In this document: piece by piece, positions 1-8,922 of the stretch | Numbering within the stretch: position 1 is the first letter of the stretch | How the letters are laid out: every line of letters begins with the position of its first letter | From: an uncultured Pseudomonadota bacterium | Lineage (GTDB): Bacteria > SAR324 > NAC60-12 | NCBI GenBank assembly: GCA_913020725.1 | Contig: CAJWCD010000056.1 | Coordinates: 1-21,948, forward strand | Direction: 5' to 3' | Length of the DNA stretch: 21,948 nucleotides | Position numbers and translations under genes: made by a program | Notes under the pieces: generated by a model | Told to the model about the DNA's origin: nothing | What the model saw: only the letters and a program-made list of their open reading frames with translations | Databases searched by the model: none

Positions 1-852
1 CATGTAGAGGTCGCGGCGGATTTCGATTTGCAGGCTGTGGATGCCCTGCTCCGGAGCCGAGCAGCGTTGCAGAATCCACGCACCTGCGTAGGGATCATTG
101 ACGGAAACATCATAACCTAAATCCGTCAGCACTTCCCGCACCAAGCCCGTGAACTCCGGGGCGCAGGCGGTTCCGTGCAAATCCCCCAGCACAATGTCTG
201 GGCGCAGCGTTCCCGGCTTGTCAGGGGTGTGCTGGTTTCCCCGTGATTTCATCGAATGCCAGTTGACATGCCAGATGCTGGAAAAGTCGGATCGCAACCG
301 CTGGAACCACTCATCAAGCGTTGCGTGGTAGGGAAGGTGGCAGTTCTGGATGCGCCGAAAGACCTCCACCGGGGCAAGTCGGCGGTCGTACAGCACCCCG
401 CCTGCTGCGAACTCCTCCCAGATCAGGCCAATCCCGCGACGGGACTTGATGCTAGGCTGAAGGGATTGCACCCCCATTTCCGCCCACTCATCCAAGGTGA
501 CGTCCGCTCCAGGCCACGGCTCGCTGAGGAGGTCGGGGTCCAAGTCGTCCGGACTGCGATTGGGATCCAAGTACGTCCGGGGAAATCGCGCCGCCAGCAC
601 CGGAATGCCCAATGCGGGAGCGTCTGTGATCAGCTCATCAACATACGCATCCTCACCATAGCGCAGCTTGGCTTCGGGAAGGATTGAGCCAAAGTCCCCC
701 GGATACTCGCGTCCGCTGTGCGGCACGTCAAACACCAGCGGTTGCCACGGACCTTCCGGCAGCATTTGCTTGAGAACCGACTTTTCGGATTTTTCTCCCA
801 CGGAAGGCTGGTGGTTTTCGGTGGGAATCCAGTTTGGGAAAAGGTGACGCAC
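1..852 (-). CDS. N-formylglutamate amidohydrolase-family Zn hydrolase (HutG/FGase-like), 3' end beyond the window edge
   Basis: Manual translation of the minus strand from GTG at 852 is open to position 1: PLVFDVPHSGREYP, EDAYVDEL, FPRTYLDPNR, PYH, WHVNWHSM, PDIVLGD, NDPYAGA, HSLQIEIRRDLYM are all FGase family motifs. Not in the ORF track because the stop lies outside the window. Exact start uncertain. Confidence 0.88.
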   Translation of the reverse strand, partial: MRHLFPNWIPTENHQPSVGEKSEKSVLKQMLPEGPWQPLVFDVPHSGREYPGDFGSILPEAKLRYGEDAYVDELITDAPALGIPVLAARFPRTYLDPNRSPDDLDPDLLSEPWPGADVTLDEWAEMGVQSLQPSIKSRRGIGLIWEEFAAGGVLYDRRLAPVEVFRRIQNCHLPYHATLDEWFQRLRSDFSSIWHVNWHSMKSRGNQHTPDKPGTLRPDIVLGDLHGTACAPEFTGLVREVLTDLGYDVSVNDPYAGAWILQRCSAPEQGIHSLQIEIRRDLYM

Positions 853-856
853 CGTC

Positions 857-1306
857 TCAAGGACGCCAGTTCCAAACCGACTCCTGTCCGGAGAGTTCGG
901 GCAGGTACATCCCGTCCAACTTGCCCGGGCGCACATCTTTCACCAAGCAATCCACGATGTGCCGCCGTTCACCCTTTTTGCCGGTGGGTTTGTCCCGCTC
1001 CACTCGCCAGACAGCCCCCTCGACGGGATCAAGCGACCCATGAAAACCACGCTCGCCGAGACGCTTCAAGGTTTCGTCAAGGCTCAACGGCCCACCCCGG
1101 TGCAACAGCGTGGGCGTGACAAACTCCCCAACTGCGATGCGTTCCGCAAATTCGTCATACGGCATCCGCTTGTCGCCAACCATTAAGTCAAACACCACGA
1201 AAGGCTCGTGGGACAGTTCGTACCGTGTGCCGTGCGCCTGCATCCGGCTTCCGGGCAGGTGCGGGATGTGTCCGTAGTTTTTTCTTCCCAGTGGCTTCTG
1301 CTGCAT
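857..1306 (-). pseudogene. RNA ligase (Rnl2/PF09414-like nucleotidyltransferase) homolog with apparent internal in-frame deletion, probably inactive
   Basis: ATG at 1306 with AGAGG upstream. It has the N-terminal KPLGRKNYGHIPHLPGSRM and C-terminal FVVFDL, VEGAVWR and LVK segments that I recall from this ligase family. There is no KxDG adenylylation motif and no GEW segment. Only 149 aa. Confidence 0.6.
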
Positions 1307-1352
1307 GTCGGCCTCTTTCGTGTTTGGCGCAACTTTGAGCATCCACAGTGCA

Positions 1353-2351
1353 TCATCCGGACGAATCGTTCAAGTGGCAGGCCGCCCGCCGTTCGGTAGC
1401 AATCTCCTTCAACACCGGAGTTTCCTCGCGACAACGTTGGGAGGCATGGGGACAGCGCGGGTGAAAGTGGCACCCGGATGGAGGATCCAGCGGCGAGGGG
1501 ATTTCCCCAGCGACCGGTGTGTACTCCCGCCTCCGGAGATCGAGGCGCGGCACTTCGTTGAGCAGGGCTTGGGTGTAAGGGTGGTTGGGATTCCGGAACA
1601 ATTCCTCCGTCGGCGCAACTTCAACTACTCGTCCCAAATACATGATCACCACACGATCCGAGATGTGTTCGACGACGCTGAGATCGTGGCTGATGAAGAG
1701 GTAGGTGAGGTCCAGTTGCTCCCGGAGGTCCATGAAGAGGTTGAGAACCTGCGCCTGAATAGAGACGTCAAGCGCAGCCACAGCTTCGTCACACACCAGA
1801 AACTCCGGCTTCACCGCCAAGGCACGCGCCACACCGAGGCGCTGACGTTGCCCTCCGGAAAATTGGTGAGGGTAGCGCACCTTGTAAGACGCATCCAGCC
1901 CCACCTTTTCCAGCATGTCTTCCACATACTCGTCCTGTGTCCTTCCACCAAGCAATCCGTGAACCTTGGGCGCTTCCCCCACAATGTCGCGGACGCGCAT
2001 TCGGGGGTTGAGCGAGGCGAAGGGATCCTGAAAGATCATCTGGATTTTCAGGGCGGCAACTTTGCCTGCCGGACTAGAGGGGTCGGTAACTTCGGCCCCG
2101 TGATAGTGGAGGGTCCCCGTGGTCGGTGCGAGGATACCTGCGACCATGCGCCCGTAGGTGGATTTGCCGCACCCGGACTCTCCCACCAAACCAACAACCT
2201 CGCCTTGCGTGATGGCAAGATCAACGTGATCCACCGCCTGCACGATTTCCTCCCGGATGTCCGCGCCCAGCTTCTGCGCAATTTTCGCAGCAAAGTCCAA
2301 GTGTTTGACAAAGCACTTGGAGAGTCCGCACGTTTCCAGCAGTGTGGTCAT
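1353..2351 (-). CDS. Oligopeptide/dipeptide ABC transporter ATP-binding subunit (DppF/OppF-like)
   Basis: Walker A GESGCGKS, QMIFQDP, signature FSGGQRQR, CDEAVAALD, C-terminal HPYT and GCHFHPRCP. Start at ATG 2351 (MTTLLE) overlaps the upstream stop as ATGA. Confidence 0.95.
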   Translation of the reverse strand: MTTLLETCGLSKCFVKHLDFAAKIAQKLGADIREEIVQAVDHVDLAITQGEVVGLVGESGCGKSTYGRMVAGILAPTTGTLHYHGAEVTDPSSPAGKVAALKIQMIFQDPFASLNPRMRVRDIVGEAPKVHGLLGGRTQDEYVEDMLEKVGLDASYKVRYPHQFSGGQRQRLGVARALAVKPEFLVCDEAVAALDVSIQAQVLNLFMDLREQLDLTYLFISHDLSVVEHISDRVVIMYLGRVVEVAPTEELFRNPNHPYTQALLNEVPRLDLRRREYTPVAGEIPSPLDPPSGCHFHPRCPHASQRCREETPVLKEIATERRAACHLNDSSG

Positions 2352-3322
2352 TGGGCTTCCAAGTGCGGATGGTGGCAAAGCATCCAACGTCCTGGAAGTG
2401 CTTCGATGTTTTCCGGTGAGATCAAGCAGGCCTCGTCGGCACGGGGGCAGCGGGTGCGGAAGGCACAACCCTGCGGAAGATGGAGCAGCGACGGGGTCAT
2501 CCCCGGAATCTGATGGAGGCGCTGGCCCCGCCGATTATGCGCAGGAACCGAACCAATCAACCCGTGGGTGTAGGGATGCAGCGGCTGATCGAGCACTTCG
2601 TCCACGGTGCCGCTTTCGACAATCCGGCCCGCGTACATCACGCAAATCTTGTCCGCAAGTCCAGCCACCACTGCGAGATCGTGCGTGATCCAAATCAGTG
2701 CGGTTCCAGATTCGCGGCAAAGCCGCTGCACCTCATGGAGAATCTGCCCCTGGATGGTCACATCAAGCGCGGTGGTCGGTTCGTCGGCAATGATCAAATC
2801 CGGCTTGTTGAGCAGGGCAATCGCAATAGCGACACGCTGGCGCATCCCTCCGGAGAACTGGTGGGGATACGCCTGAAGCCTTTCGTCCGGAGAGGGAATG
2901 CCCACTTGTCCCAACACATCCCGCGCCTGCTGACGTGCCACCTTGCGCCCAACCTGTTTGTGCGCCAGAATGGCCTCAATCATCTGCGTGTCGATACGCA
3001 GCACAGGATTGAGCGTCATCATCGGATCCTGAAAGACCATCGCCATACGGTTGCCACGAATCCGGCGCATTTGCTCTTCCGGGAGACCAATGAGTTCTTT
3101 TCCATTGAACCGAATCTGCCCGCCAACCACCCGCCCCGGAGGGTCCACCAAGCCGAGAATCGAAAAGCCCGTCACCGATTTTCCGGAACCAGACTCCCCG
3201 ACCAAGCCGAGAATCTGGCCCGGTGCCACCGTGAAACCCACCCCTTCCACCGCCTTTGCCACTCCAGCGCGAGTGAAGAAGTGGGTTTGGAGATTCCGGA
3301 CTTCCAGTGTAGCTTGGGACAT
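2348..3322 (-). CDS. Oligopeptide/dipeptide ABC transporter ATP-binding subunit (DppD/OppD-like)
   Basis: GESGSGKS, VFQDPM, FSGGMRQR, ADEPTTALD, ITHDL, HPYT, GCAFRTRCP. Confidence 0.95.
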   Translation of the reverse strand: MSQATLEVRNLQTHFFTRAGVAKAVEGVGFTVAPGQILGLVGESGSGKSVTGFSILGLVDPPGRVVGGQIRFNGKELIGLPEEQMRRIRGNRMAMVFQDPMMTLNPVLRIDTQMIEAILAHKQVGRKVARQQARDVLGQVGIPSPDERLQAYPHQFSGGMRQRVAIAIALLNKPDLIIADEPTTALDVTIQGQILHEVQRLCRESGTALIWITHDLAVVAGLADKICVMYAGRIVESGTVDEVLDQPLHPYTHGLIGSVPAHNRRGQRLHQIPGMTPSLLHLPQGCAFRTRCPRADEACLISPENIEALPGRWMLCHHPHLEAQ

Positions 3323-3324
3323 CC

Positions 3325-4245
3325 CTACTTCTGCAAGCGCGGGTTGAGGACATCCCGAAGTTGGTCGCCCACAAGGTTGATCGTGACAATGGTGATCAGC
3401 AGGGCGATGCCGGGAAAGAAGCTGATCCAGTATTTTTGGCTCAGCATGTACTCAAATCCGTTAGCAATCAGCAATCCCAGTGAGGGTTCGGTGATCGGCA
3501 GTCCGATGCCGAGAAAGCTCAGCGTTGCCTCTAGCGAGATCGCATGGGCGATCTGTAGCGTTCCCACCACGATCAGCGGCGGCAGGCAATTGGGCAGAAG
3601 GTGCCGGAAGACAATGCGACGGTGGCTTAGCGCTAGACACGTCGCAGCCTCAATGTACTCCTTCTGTCGCTCCACCAAGGCACTGCCACGCACGGTACGG
3701 GCGTAGTAGGCCCACTGCACCACCACCAGCGCGACAATGATCTTATCCACCCCCTTGCCCAGCACCGCGACCAGCACCAGCGCCACAAGAATCGCCGGAA
3801 AGCTGAGTTGCAGATCGACCACCCGCATGATCAGGGTTTCCGTCTTTCCTCCAAAATAAGCTGCAATCAACCCAACCGCCCCACCAATGCAAAGTGCAAT
3901 CAAACCACTCACAACCCCCACGCCAAGGCTAGTCCGAAGTCCGTAGAAGATCGCACTGAGCAGGTCGCGCCCGGCGCCGTCGGTGCCGAGCCAGAAGGTC
4001 ATGCCGGTGTAACCCTCTGTGCCTGGAGGCAGGCGGCTGTCCATCACATCCACCACGGCAAGATCGTAGGGATCAGTCGGAGAAATGACAGAAGCGAACA
4101 CTCCAATGAAGAGGATCACCAGCAGCACAGCGAAGGCCACTGTAGCGATCCGACTTTCAAAGTAGTCTGCTACGAACCGTTGGAAGGGAGTCTGCATTTT
4201 GACGATGTTTTGCGCAGGGTTCACTTCATTTTGGAGAGTTGTCAT
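3325..4245 (-). CDS. Peptide ABC transporter permease (DppC/OppC-like)
   Basis: WLGTDGAGRDLLS, EYIEAA (EAA loop), HLLPN, LSFLGIG, NLVGDQLRDVLNPR; multiple hydrophobic segments. Confidence 0.94.
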   Translation of the reverse strand: MTTLQNEVNPAQNIVKMQTPFQRFVADYFESRIATVAFAVLLVILFIGVFASVISPTDPYDLAVVDVMDSRLPPGTEGYTGMTFWLGTDGAGRDLLSAIFYGLRTSLGVGVVSGLIALCIGGAVGLIAAYFGGKTETLIMRVVDLQLSFPAILVALVLVAVLGKGVDKIIVALVVVQWAYYARTVRGSALVERQKEYIEAATCLALSHRRIVFRHLLPNCLPPLIVVGTLQIAHAISLEATLSFLGIGLPITEPSLGLLIANGFEYMLSQKYWISFFPGIALLITIVTINLVGDQLRDVLNPRLQK

Positions 4246-4252
4246 GTCCGGG

Positions 4253-5230
4253 TCAGGTCTTGAGATCCTGCAAGCGCACGCGGGGATCGAGGATCGAGTA
4301 GAGGATGTCCACGACTAGGTTGATGGTCACAAACATCAACACAATGATCATCAGGTACGCCACAACCACGGGGCGGTCCAGCAGATGGATCGAGTCAATG
4401 ATCAGCTTGCCCATCCCCGGCCACGCGAACACCGTCTCGGTTACAACCGAGAAGGCGATCAGCCCGCCCAACTCCAAGCCCAGCACGGTCACGACTGGAA
4501 TGAGAATGTTCTTGAGCAAATGTACCAAGATGAGCCGGGATTCGCTCAATCCCTTGGCGCGGGCAAATTTCATGTAGTCCTGATGAACCACCTCGCGGGT
4601 ACCCGCCCGTGCAAGCCGGATCACCAACGACATCTTGAACAAGGAGAGGTTGAGCGCGGGCATCAGTAAATGCGACAGCCCGTCGAGTGTCAGAAAACTG
4701 ACCTCGATGCCGTTCACCAAGACGGTGTCCCCGCGTCCAGTGGACGGTAGCCAGCCCAGCATCACCGCGAAGACCATGATCATCATCAGTCCCACCCAGA
4801 AGGTCGGGAGGCTGAAGCCCAAGATTGAGCCGGCCATAATCGTGCGACTGAGCTTCGATTCCGGCTTCAACCCCGCATAGATTCCGAGTGGAATGCCGAC
4901 GAGGACAGCCATGAACAGAGCGGCAAAAGCCAGTTCCAGCGTTGCAGGCATCCGCTGAATGATGAGTTTCAGTGCAGGTGTTCCAAAAATGAAAGACTTG
5001 CCGAGGTCTCCCTGTAGGGCGTTGAGGAGAAAGCGCCCATATTGTTCCGGAAGCGACTTGTCCAAACCAAAATCCCGGATCACCCGATCAATCTCCGCCT
5101 GATCCGCCTCTGGATTGACAAGCATATCCACGGGATCGCCGACGACGTTGACGCCGACAAACACCAACAGCGACATCACCAGCACGACCACAAGGCTTTG
5201 CAACAAGCGGCGGATGATGAAAACTGACAC
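4253..5230 (-). CDS. Peptide ABC transporter permease (DppB/OppB-like)
   Basis: GTG start; GDLGKS, RMPATLELA, SLPTFW, DYMKFARAKGL, ETVFAWPGMG, YSILDPRVR. Confidence 0.94.
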   Translation of the reverse strand: MSVFIIRRLLQSLVVVLVMSLLVFVGVNVVGDPVDMLVNPEADQAEIDRVIRDFGLDKSLPEQYGRFLLNALQGDLGKSFIFGTPALKLIIQRMPATLELAFAALFMAVLVGIPLGIYAGLKPESKLSRTIMAGSILGFSLPTFWVGLMMIMVFAVMLGWLPSTGRGDTVLVNGIEVSFLTLDGLSHLLMPALNLSLFKMSLVIRLARAGTREVVHQDYMKFARAKGLSESRLILVHLLKNILIPVVTVLGLELGGLIAFSVVTETVFAWPGMGKLIIDSIHLLDRPVVVAYLMIIVLMFVTINLVVDILYSILDPRVRLQDLKT

Positions 5231-5265
5231 GGTGGAATCGGGGTTAGAAGGAGGTCAGGCGTGTG

Positions 5266-5296
5266 AAAAAGGCGGTCATCTGCAGACAACCGCCTT
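5266..5296 (-). terminator. Stem-loop with U-tail between the SBP gene and the first permease (partial terminator or mRNA stabiliser)
   Basis: Minus-strand RNA AAGGCGGUUGUC-UGCA-GAUGACCGCCUU-UUU: 12-bp stem (2 G-U pairs), 4-nt loop, ending in a run of 5 U, 13 nt after the SBP stop codon. Confidence 0.75.
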
Positions 5297-5309
5297 GATG
5301 AGGGATAGG

Positions 5310-6887
5310 TTACTGGGTAAACACGTCGGAATACACGGTGGCTTCGTCCGTGCGGGCATTGTACTTGATGCCCGTGCGAGCTGCCCAGGTGTTCACCTGA
5401 TAGTGTAGCGGGATGATGCCCAAGTCGTTAATAGCCATCTCCGTAGCTTTTTCCAGTAGATTCTTGCGCTTGGCGTCATCCACGGTAGCCAGTGCATCTT
5501 CCACCAAGCGGTCTAACTCCGGATTTGAGTAGCGCCCACGATTGGACGCGCCGAAGCCTCGTGACTTGTCATAGGTGTGCAGCAGCGACTTAAGTGGTGA
5601 AGAAGCTTCACCCGTACCTGCACCCCAACCAACAAGGATGAAACTGAATTCCGGGGTTTTGTTTGGCCCACCTCGTGATGCCCGGTTGAAAAAAATGCTC
5701 TTCGGCATGGTTTCCACCGCCGTCTTGATGCCAATGCGTGTCAGCATCTGGGCCACTGCCTCGCAAATTTTCGCATCGTTGATGTAGCGGTCGTTCGGGC
5801 CGTGGATGGTCAACTGAAAGCCGTTGGGAACTCCCGCTTCGGCCAGCAGTTTCTTCGCACCAGCCGGGTCATAGGCTTCCGGCTTCAGGTTCGGGCTGAC
5901 TCCGAAGAAGCCGTCTGGAAGCAGCTGCCCAGCCTTGATCGCCACGCCTTCCATCACCCGGTCCACGATCGCATCGCGGCGAATCGCCTTAGAGATCGCC
6001 TTGCGAACACGCAAGTCCTTCAGCGGATTCTTGATGGCTCCGCCATTCTTTGATTTCACAAACGGCGAATCATCACGGTCATGGTCAAGGTGCAGGTAGA
6101 TCACCCGATTGGAAATGCCTTGGCTGAGTTCGACGCCCGACTCACTTTTCAGATGGGTGATATCGGTAGTCGGCACGTTGTCAATGAAGTCCACATCCCC
6201 GGCGAGCAAGGCGGCAACACGGGCAGGTGACGACTTGATGGGCTTAATCACGATGCGCTTCCATTCGGGCTTCTCCCCCCAGTAATTCTCGTTGCGCTCC
6301 AAAATCAAGCGGTCTCCGGGCACCCACTCGACAAACTTGAACTTGCCGGTACCGATGGTGGCTTTGCCGCTGTTGTAGTCCTCCGTGGTCGCGCCGTCTC
6401 CGTGCTTCTTGGAGATGATGCTAAAGGTGGACATGTCGTTCGGCATCAACGGATAGGGTCGTTCGGTTTTGATGTGAACGGTGTGATCGCCCACCTTGGA
6501 GATCGTCTTGCCCTTGAGGTAGGTGCCGAAGCTCGAAGGGGAGCTCGGGACGTTCGGTGCCCGCTGAAAGGTGAAGACCACGTCATCGGCGGTAAACGGG
6601 CTACCATCGTGAAACTTCACACCCTTGCGCAGCTTGAACTCCCACGTCAGGTCATTGATCGCCTTCCACGAAACCGCCAGCCCAGGCAGCAGTTGCTGCT
6701 TGGAATCGGTCATGATCAAGCGGTCGAAAATTTCCCGGGCCAGTGCGTTGTTGGGTCCAAGGTTGTGGTAGTGCGGGTCGATGGAGGAGGGTTCGGACTT
6801 GATGCCCGCCCTCAATTCCTGCGCCGCAGCGTTTCCAGCAACCAACAGGGTGCCGAGTGTCAGCACAATGCAAAGCAGTCGTTTCAT
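5310..6887 (-). CDS. ABC transporter substrate-binding protein, family 5 (DppA/OppA-like)
   Basis: Sec signal MKRLLCIVLTLGTLLVAGNAAA; PGLAVSW, WEFKLRKGVKFHDGSPFTADDVVFT, IGTGKFKF, DLRVRKAIS. ATG 6887 has GGGAGA upstream (alternative start 6908). Confidence 0.95.
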   Translation of the reverse strand: MKRLLCIVLTLGTLLVAGNAAAQELRAGIKSEPSSIDPHYHNLGPNNALAREIFDRLIMTDSKQQLLPGLAVSWKAINDLTWEFKLRKGVKFHDGSPFTADDVVFTFQRAPNVPSSPSSFGTYLKGKTISKVGDHTVHIKTERPYPLMPNDMSTFSIISKKHGDGATTEDYNSGKATIGTGKFKFVEWVPGDRLILERNENYWGEKPEWKRIVIKPIKSSPARVAALLAGDVDFIDNVPTTDITHLKSESGVELSQGISNRVIYLHLDHDRDDSPFVKSKNGGAIKNPLKDLRVRKAISKAIRRDAIVDRVMEGVAIKAGQLLPDGFFGVSPNLKPEAYDPAGAKKLLAEAGVPNGFQLTIHGPNDRYINDAKICEAVAQMLTRIGIKTAVETMPKSIFFNRASRGGPNKTPEFSFILVGWGAGTGEASSPLKSLLHTYDKSRGFGASNRGRYSNPELDRLVEDALATVDDAKRKNLLEKATEMAINDLGIIPLHYQVNTWAARTGIKYNARTDEATVYSDVFTQ

Positions 6888-7041
6888 GATTCTCCCTGAG
6901 AAAGCCATGAAGCCTCATGCCCCATGACAGATTGACGATTTAGGCAAATCCGGACCTTCCGGAACGGCCAAGGATAAGGTTATGGTCTAGTGGACTGACC
7001 TTAATTGCACAAGGTAAAAATCACACGAGGGTGCATTACAG

Positions 7042-7070
7042 TTGAACGGGGGCGCAAAACCGACTAACGT
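7042..7070 (+). promoter_or_regulatory. Candidate sigma70 promoter for the M14 deacylase
   Basis: TTGAAC-N17-TAACGT about 50 nt upstream of ATG 7120; imperfect match. Confidence 0.35.
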
Positions 7071-7119
7071 GTTTTCAGTGATTAACCACCGTTCATCCTC
7101 AATTCTGGACCCAACTGCC

Positions 7120-8085
7120 ATGCCCGCTACAGACGATCTCACTTATCCCGTCTCGCTCACGCCTCCGGATATTTCCGCCTACCGTGCGGGCAACACCGGG
7201 GTTGAGTACGTCCATCAGTTCGACTCCGGAAAACCGGGAGCGCATGTGATGGTCAGTGCGGTGGTGCATGGCAACGAGTTGTGCGGAGCCATCGCCGTTG
7301 ACCACCTCCTGCAAAACGGTGTGCGCCCGCTACAGGGCAAACTCACGCTGGCGTTCATGAATGTTGTCGCCTACCACAGCTTTGATCCGGACACCCCCAC
7401 TGCCTCCCGCTTTGTCGAGGAGGACTTCAATCGGCTCTGGACCAAGGAGGTGCTGGAGGGCGACCGCGACAGCGTGGAACTGCGACGAGCGCGAGCAATG
7501 CATCCGATAGTGGAAACCGTGGACCTGCTGCTGGACATCCACTCGATGCAGACGGCAACCACGCCCTTGATGATGGCCGGACCGCTCGCCAAGGGCCGGG
7601 AACTCGCCAAAACGATTGGAATTCCAGAAGTCGCCGTGACCGACTGGGGGCACAAGGCGGGTCGGCGGATGCGCGACTACGAGGGATTTTCCGATCCGGA
7701 CAGCCCCAAGAACGCCCTGTTGATTGAATGTGGACAGCATTGGGAAGCAAGCAGTGCAGAATTGGCAATCACGGCAGCATGGCGATTCCTCTGGGCAACC
7801 GGGGTGATTTCGAAAGAAACCGTCACTCCTCACCTGCGCGTGGCCCCTCCTGCCCAGCAACGCTTCATCGAGGTTTCCGGACCCTACACCATCCAGACCA
7901 CTTCGTTTCGTTTCGTCGAGTCGTTTGTCGGGCTTGAAGTCATTCCCGCTGCCGGAACCGTCATCGGTCACGATGGTGACCAGCCCGTCACCACCCCCTA
8001 CGATAATTGCGTCCTCATCATGCCCTCCCGCCGCCAAACTCTGGGTGCCTCAGCAGTGCGCTTCGGAAAGTTCTTGGATGGCTAA
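7120..8085 (+). CDS. Succinylglutamate desuccinylase/aspartoacylase-family (M14-like) Zn deacylase
   Basis: VHGNE (HxxE Zn ligands), DFNR, LLDIHS (third Zn ligand), IECGQH (catalytic Glu). Start taken at ATG 7120 (MPATDD). Confidence 0.88.
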   Translation: MPATDDLTYPVSLTPPDISAYRAGNTGVEYVHQFDSGKPGAHVMVSAVVHGNELCGAIAVDHLLQNGVRPLQGKLTLAFMNVVAYHSFDPDTPTASRFVEEDFNRLWTKEVLEGDRDSVELRRARAMHPIVETVDLLLDIHSMQTATTPLMMAGPLAKGRELAKTIGIPEVAVTDWGHKAGRRMRDYEGFSDPDSPKNALLIECGQHWEASSAELAITAAWRFLWATGVISKETVTPHLRVAPPAQQRFIEVSGPYTIQTTSFRFVESFVGLEVIPAAGTVIGHDGDQPVTTPYDNCVLIMPSRRQTLGASAVRFGKFLDG

Positions 8086-8148
8086 AGCAGCAGACGCGAA
8101 GCATTGATCCCCGGATCGTCATTTTCTGAAACTCAAACCATCAAGCCC

Positions 8149-8907
8149 ATGCGCGAAAACCTTTTGAAAACCAAGTGGGAGTCCGGAGGCTGGACTCTCA
8201 ACGGTTGGCTCGGAATCCCCAGCAGCATTTCTGCCGAAATGATGGCTCAAGCAGGCTGGGATTCCCTGACCGTTGACCTTCAGCACGGCCTGATTGACTA
8301 CACAACCGCGCTCCCGATGCTCCAAGCGATTTCTACCACCTCGGTCGTGCCTCTGGCGCGAGTGCCGTGGAACGAACCCGGCATCATCATGAAACTGCTT
8401 GATGCCGGATGCTACGGCATCATCTGCCCGATGATCAACACGCGGGAACAAGCCGAGGCGTTCGTGCGTTCCAGCAAGTACCCTCCACTAGGCGAGCGCA
8501 GTTGGGGGCCGCACCGCGCACAGCTGTACGCTGGTTCCGGCTACCGCGAACACGCCAACACCACCACCCTCGCCCTCGCCATGATCGAAACCCGTGAGGC
8601 ACTGGAGAACATTGACGCAATTCTTAGCACTCCCGGACTCGACGGCTGCTACATTGGCCCGTCTGACCTCGGACTCTCGCTCGGTTATGAACCCAAGCCA
8701 GACCGCGAAGAACCGGAATTGCTGGAGGCCATTGACCTCATCCTCACCACTGCCAAGCGCAACAACGTGCGAGCCTGCATGCACTGCGGTTCTACCGCTT
8801 ATGCCAAACGCATGATCGAACAAGGCTTCGACTCGGTGACAATTCTCGCAGACAACCACTTCATCCTGCACGGTGCCCGGCAAGTGGTGAATGAGATGAA
8901 ACCCTGA
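8149..8907 (+). CDS. HpcH/HpaI-family class II pyruvate aldolase
   Basis: AGWDSLTVDLQHG, ARVPWN, LDAGCYGIICPMI, YPPLGERS, MIET, IGPSDL. Start at ATG 8149 (MRENLL). Confidence 0.92.
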   Translation: MRENLLKTKWESGGWTLNGWLGIPSSISAEMMAQAGWDSLTVDLQHGLIDYTTALPMLQAISTTSVVPLARVPWNEPGIIMKLLDAGCYGIICPMINTREQAEAFVRSSKYPPLGERSWGPHRAQLYAGSGYREHANTTTLALAMIETREALENIDAILSTPGLDGCYIGPSDLGLSLGYEPKPDREEPELLEAIDLILTTAKRNNVRACMHCGSTAYAKRMIEQGFDSVTILADNHFILHGARQVVNEMKP

Positions 8908-8922
8908 CCTCAAATTCAATCC

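Noticed and set aside
149..1186. Short ORFs listed at 149-331, 256-687, 630-950, 718-1119, 834-1043 and 959-1186
   Set aside because: They overlap the FGase and ligase-like genes in other frames or strands and show no family features.
2352..2468. 39-aa N-terminal extension of the DppF-like ORF; similar extensions at 7042, 8104, 9554, 19225 and 21031
   Set aside because: Extensions overlap upstream genes or intergenic signals; internal ATGs match family N-termini and operon spacing better.
1305..3706. Long plus-strand ORFs 1305-2513 (402 aa) and 2480-3706 (408 aa)
   Set aside because: Antisense shadows of the ABC ATPase genes, common opposite GC-rich conserved genes; no recognisable motifs.
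7006..7035. TGCAC...GTGCA as an NtrC site, and nearby GG/GC as a sigma54 promoter
   Set aside because: Spacer is 20 nt instead of 7, and the GG-to-GC distance does not fit -24/-12.
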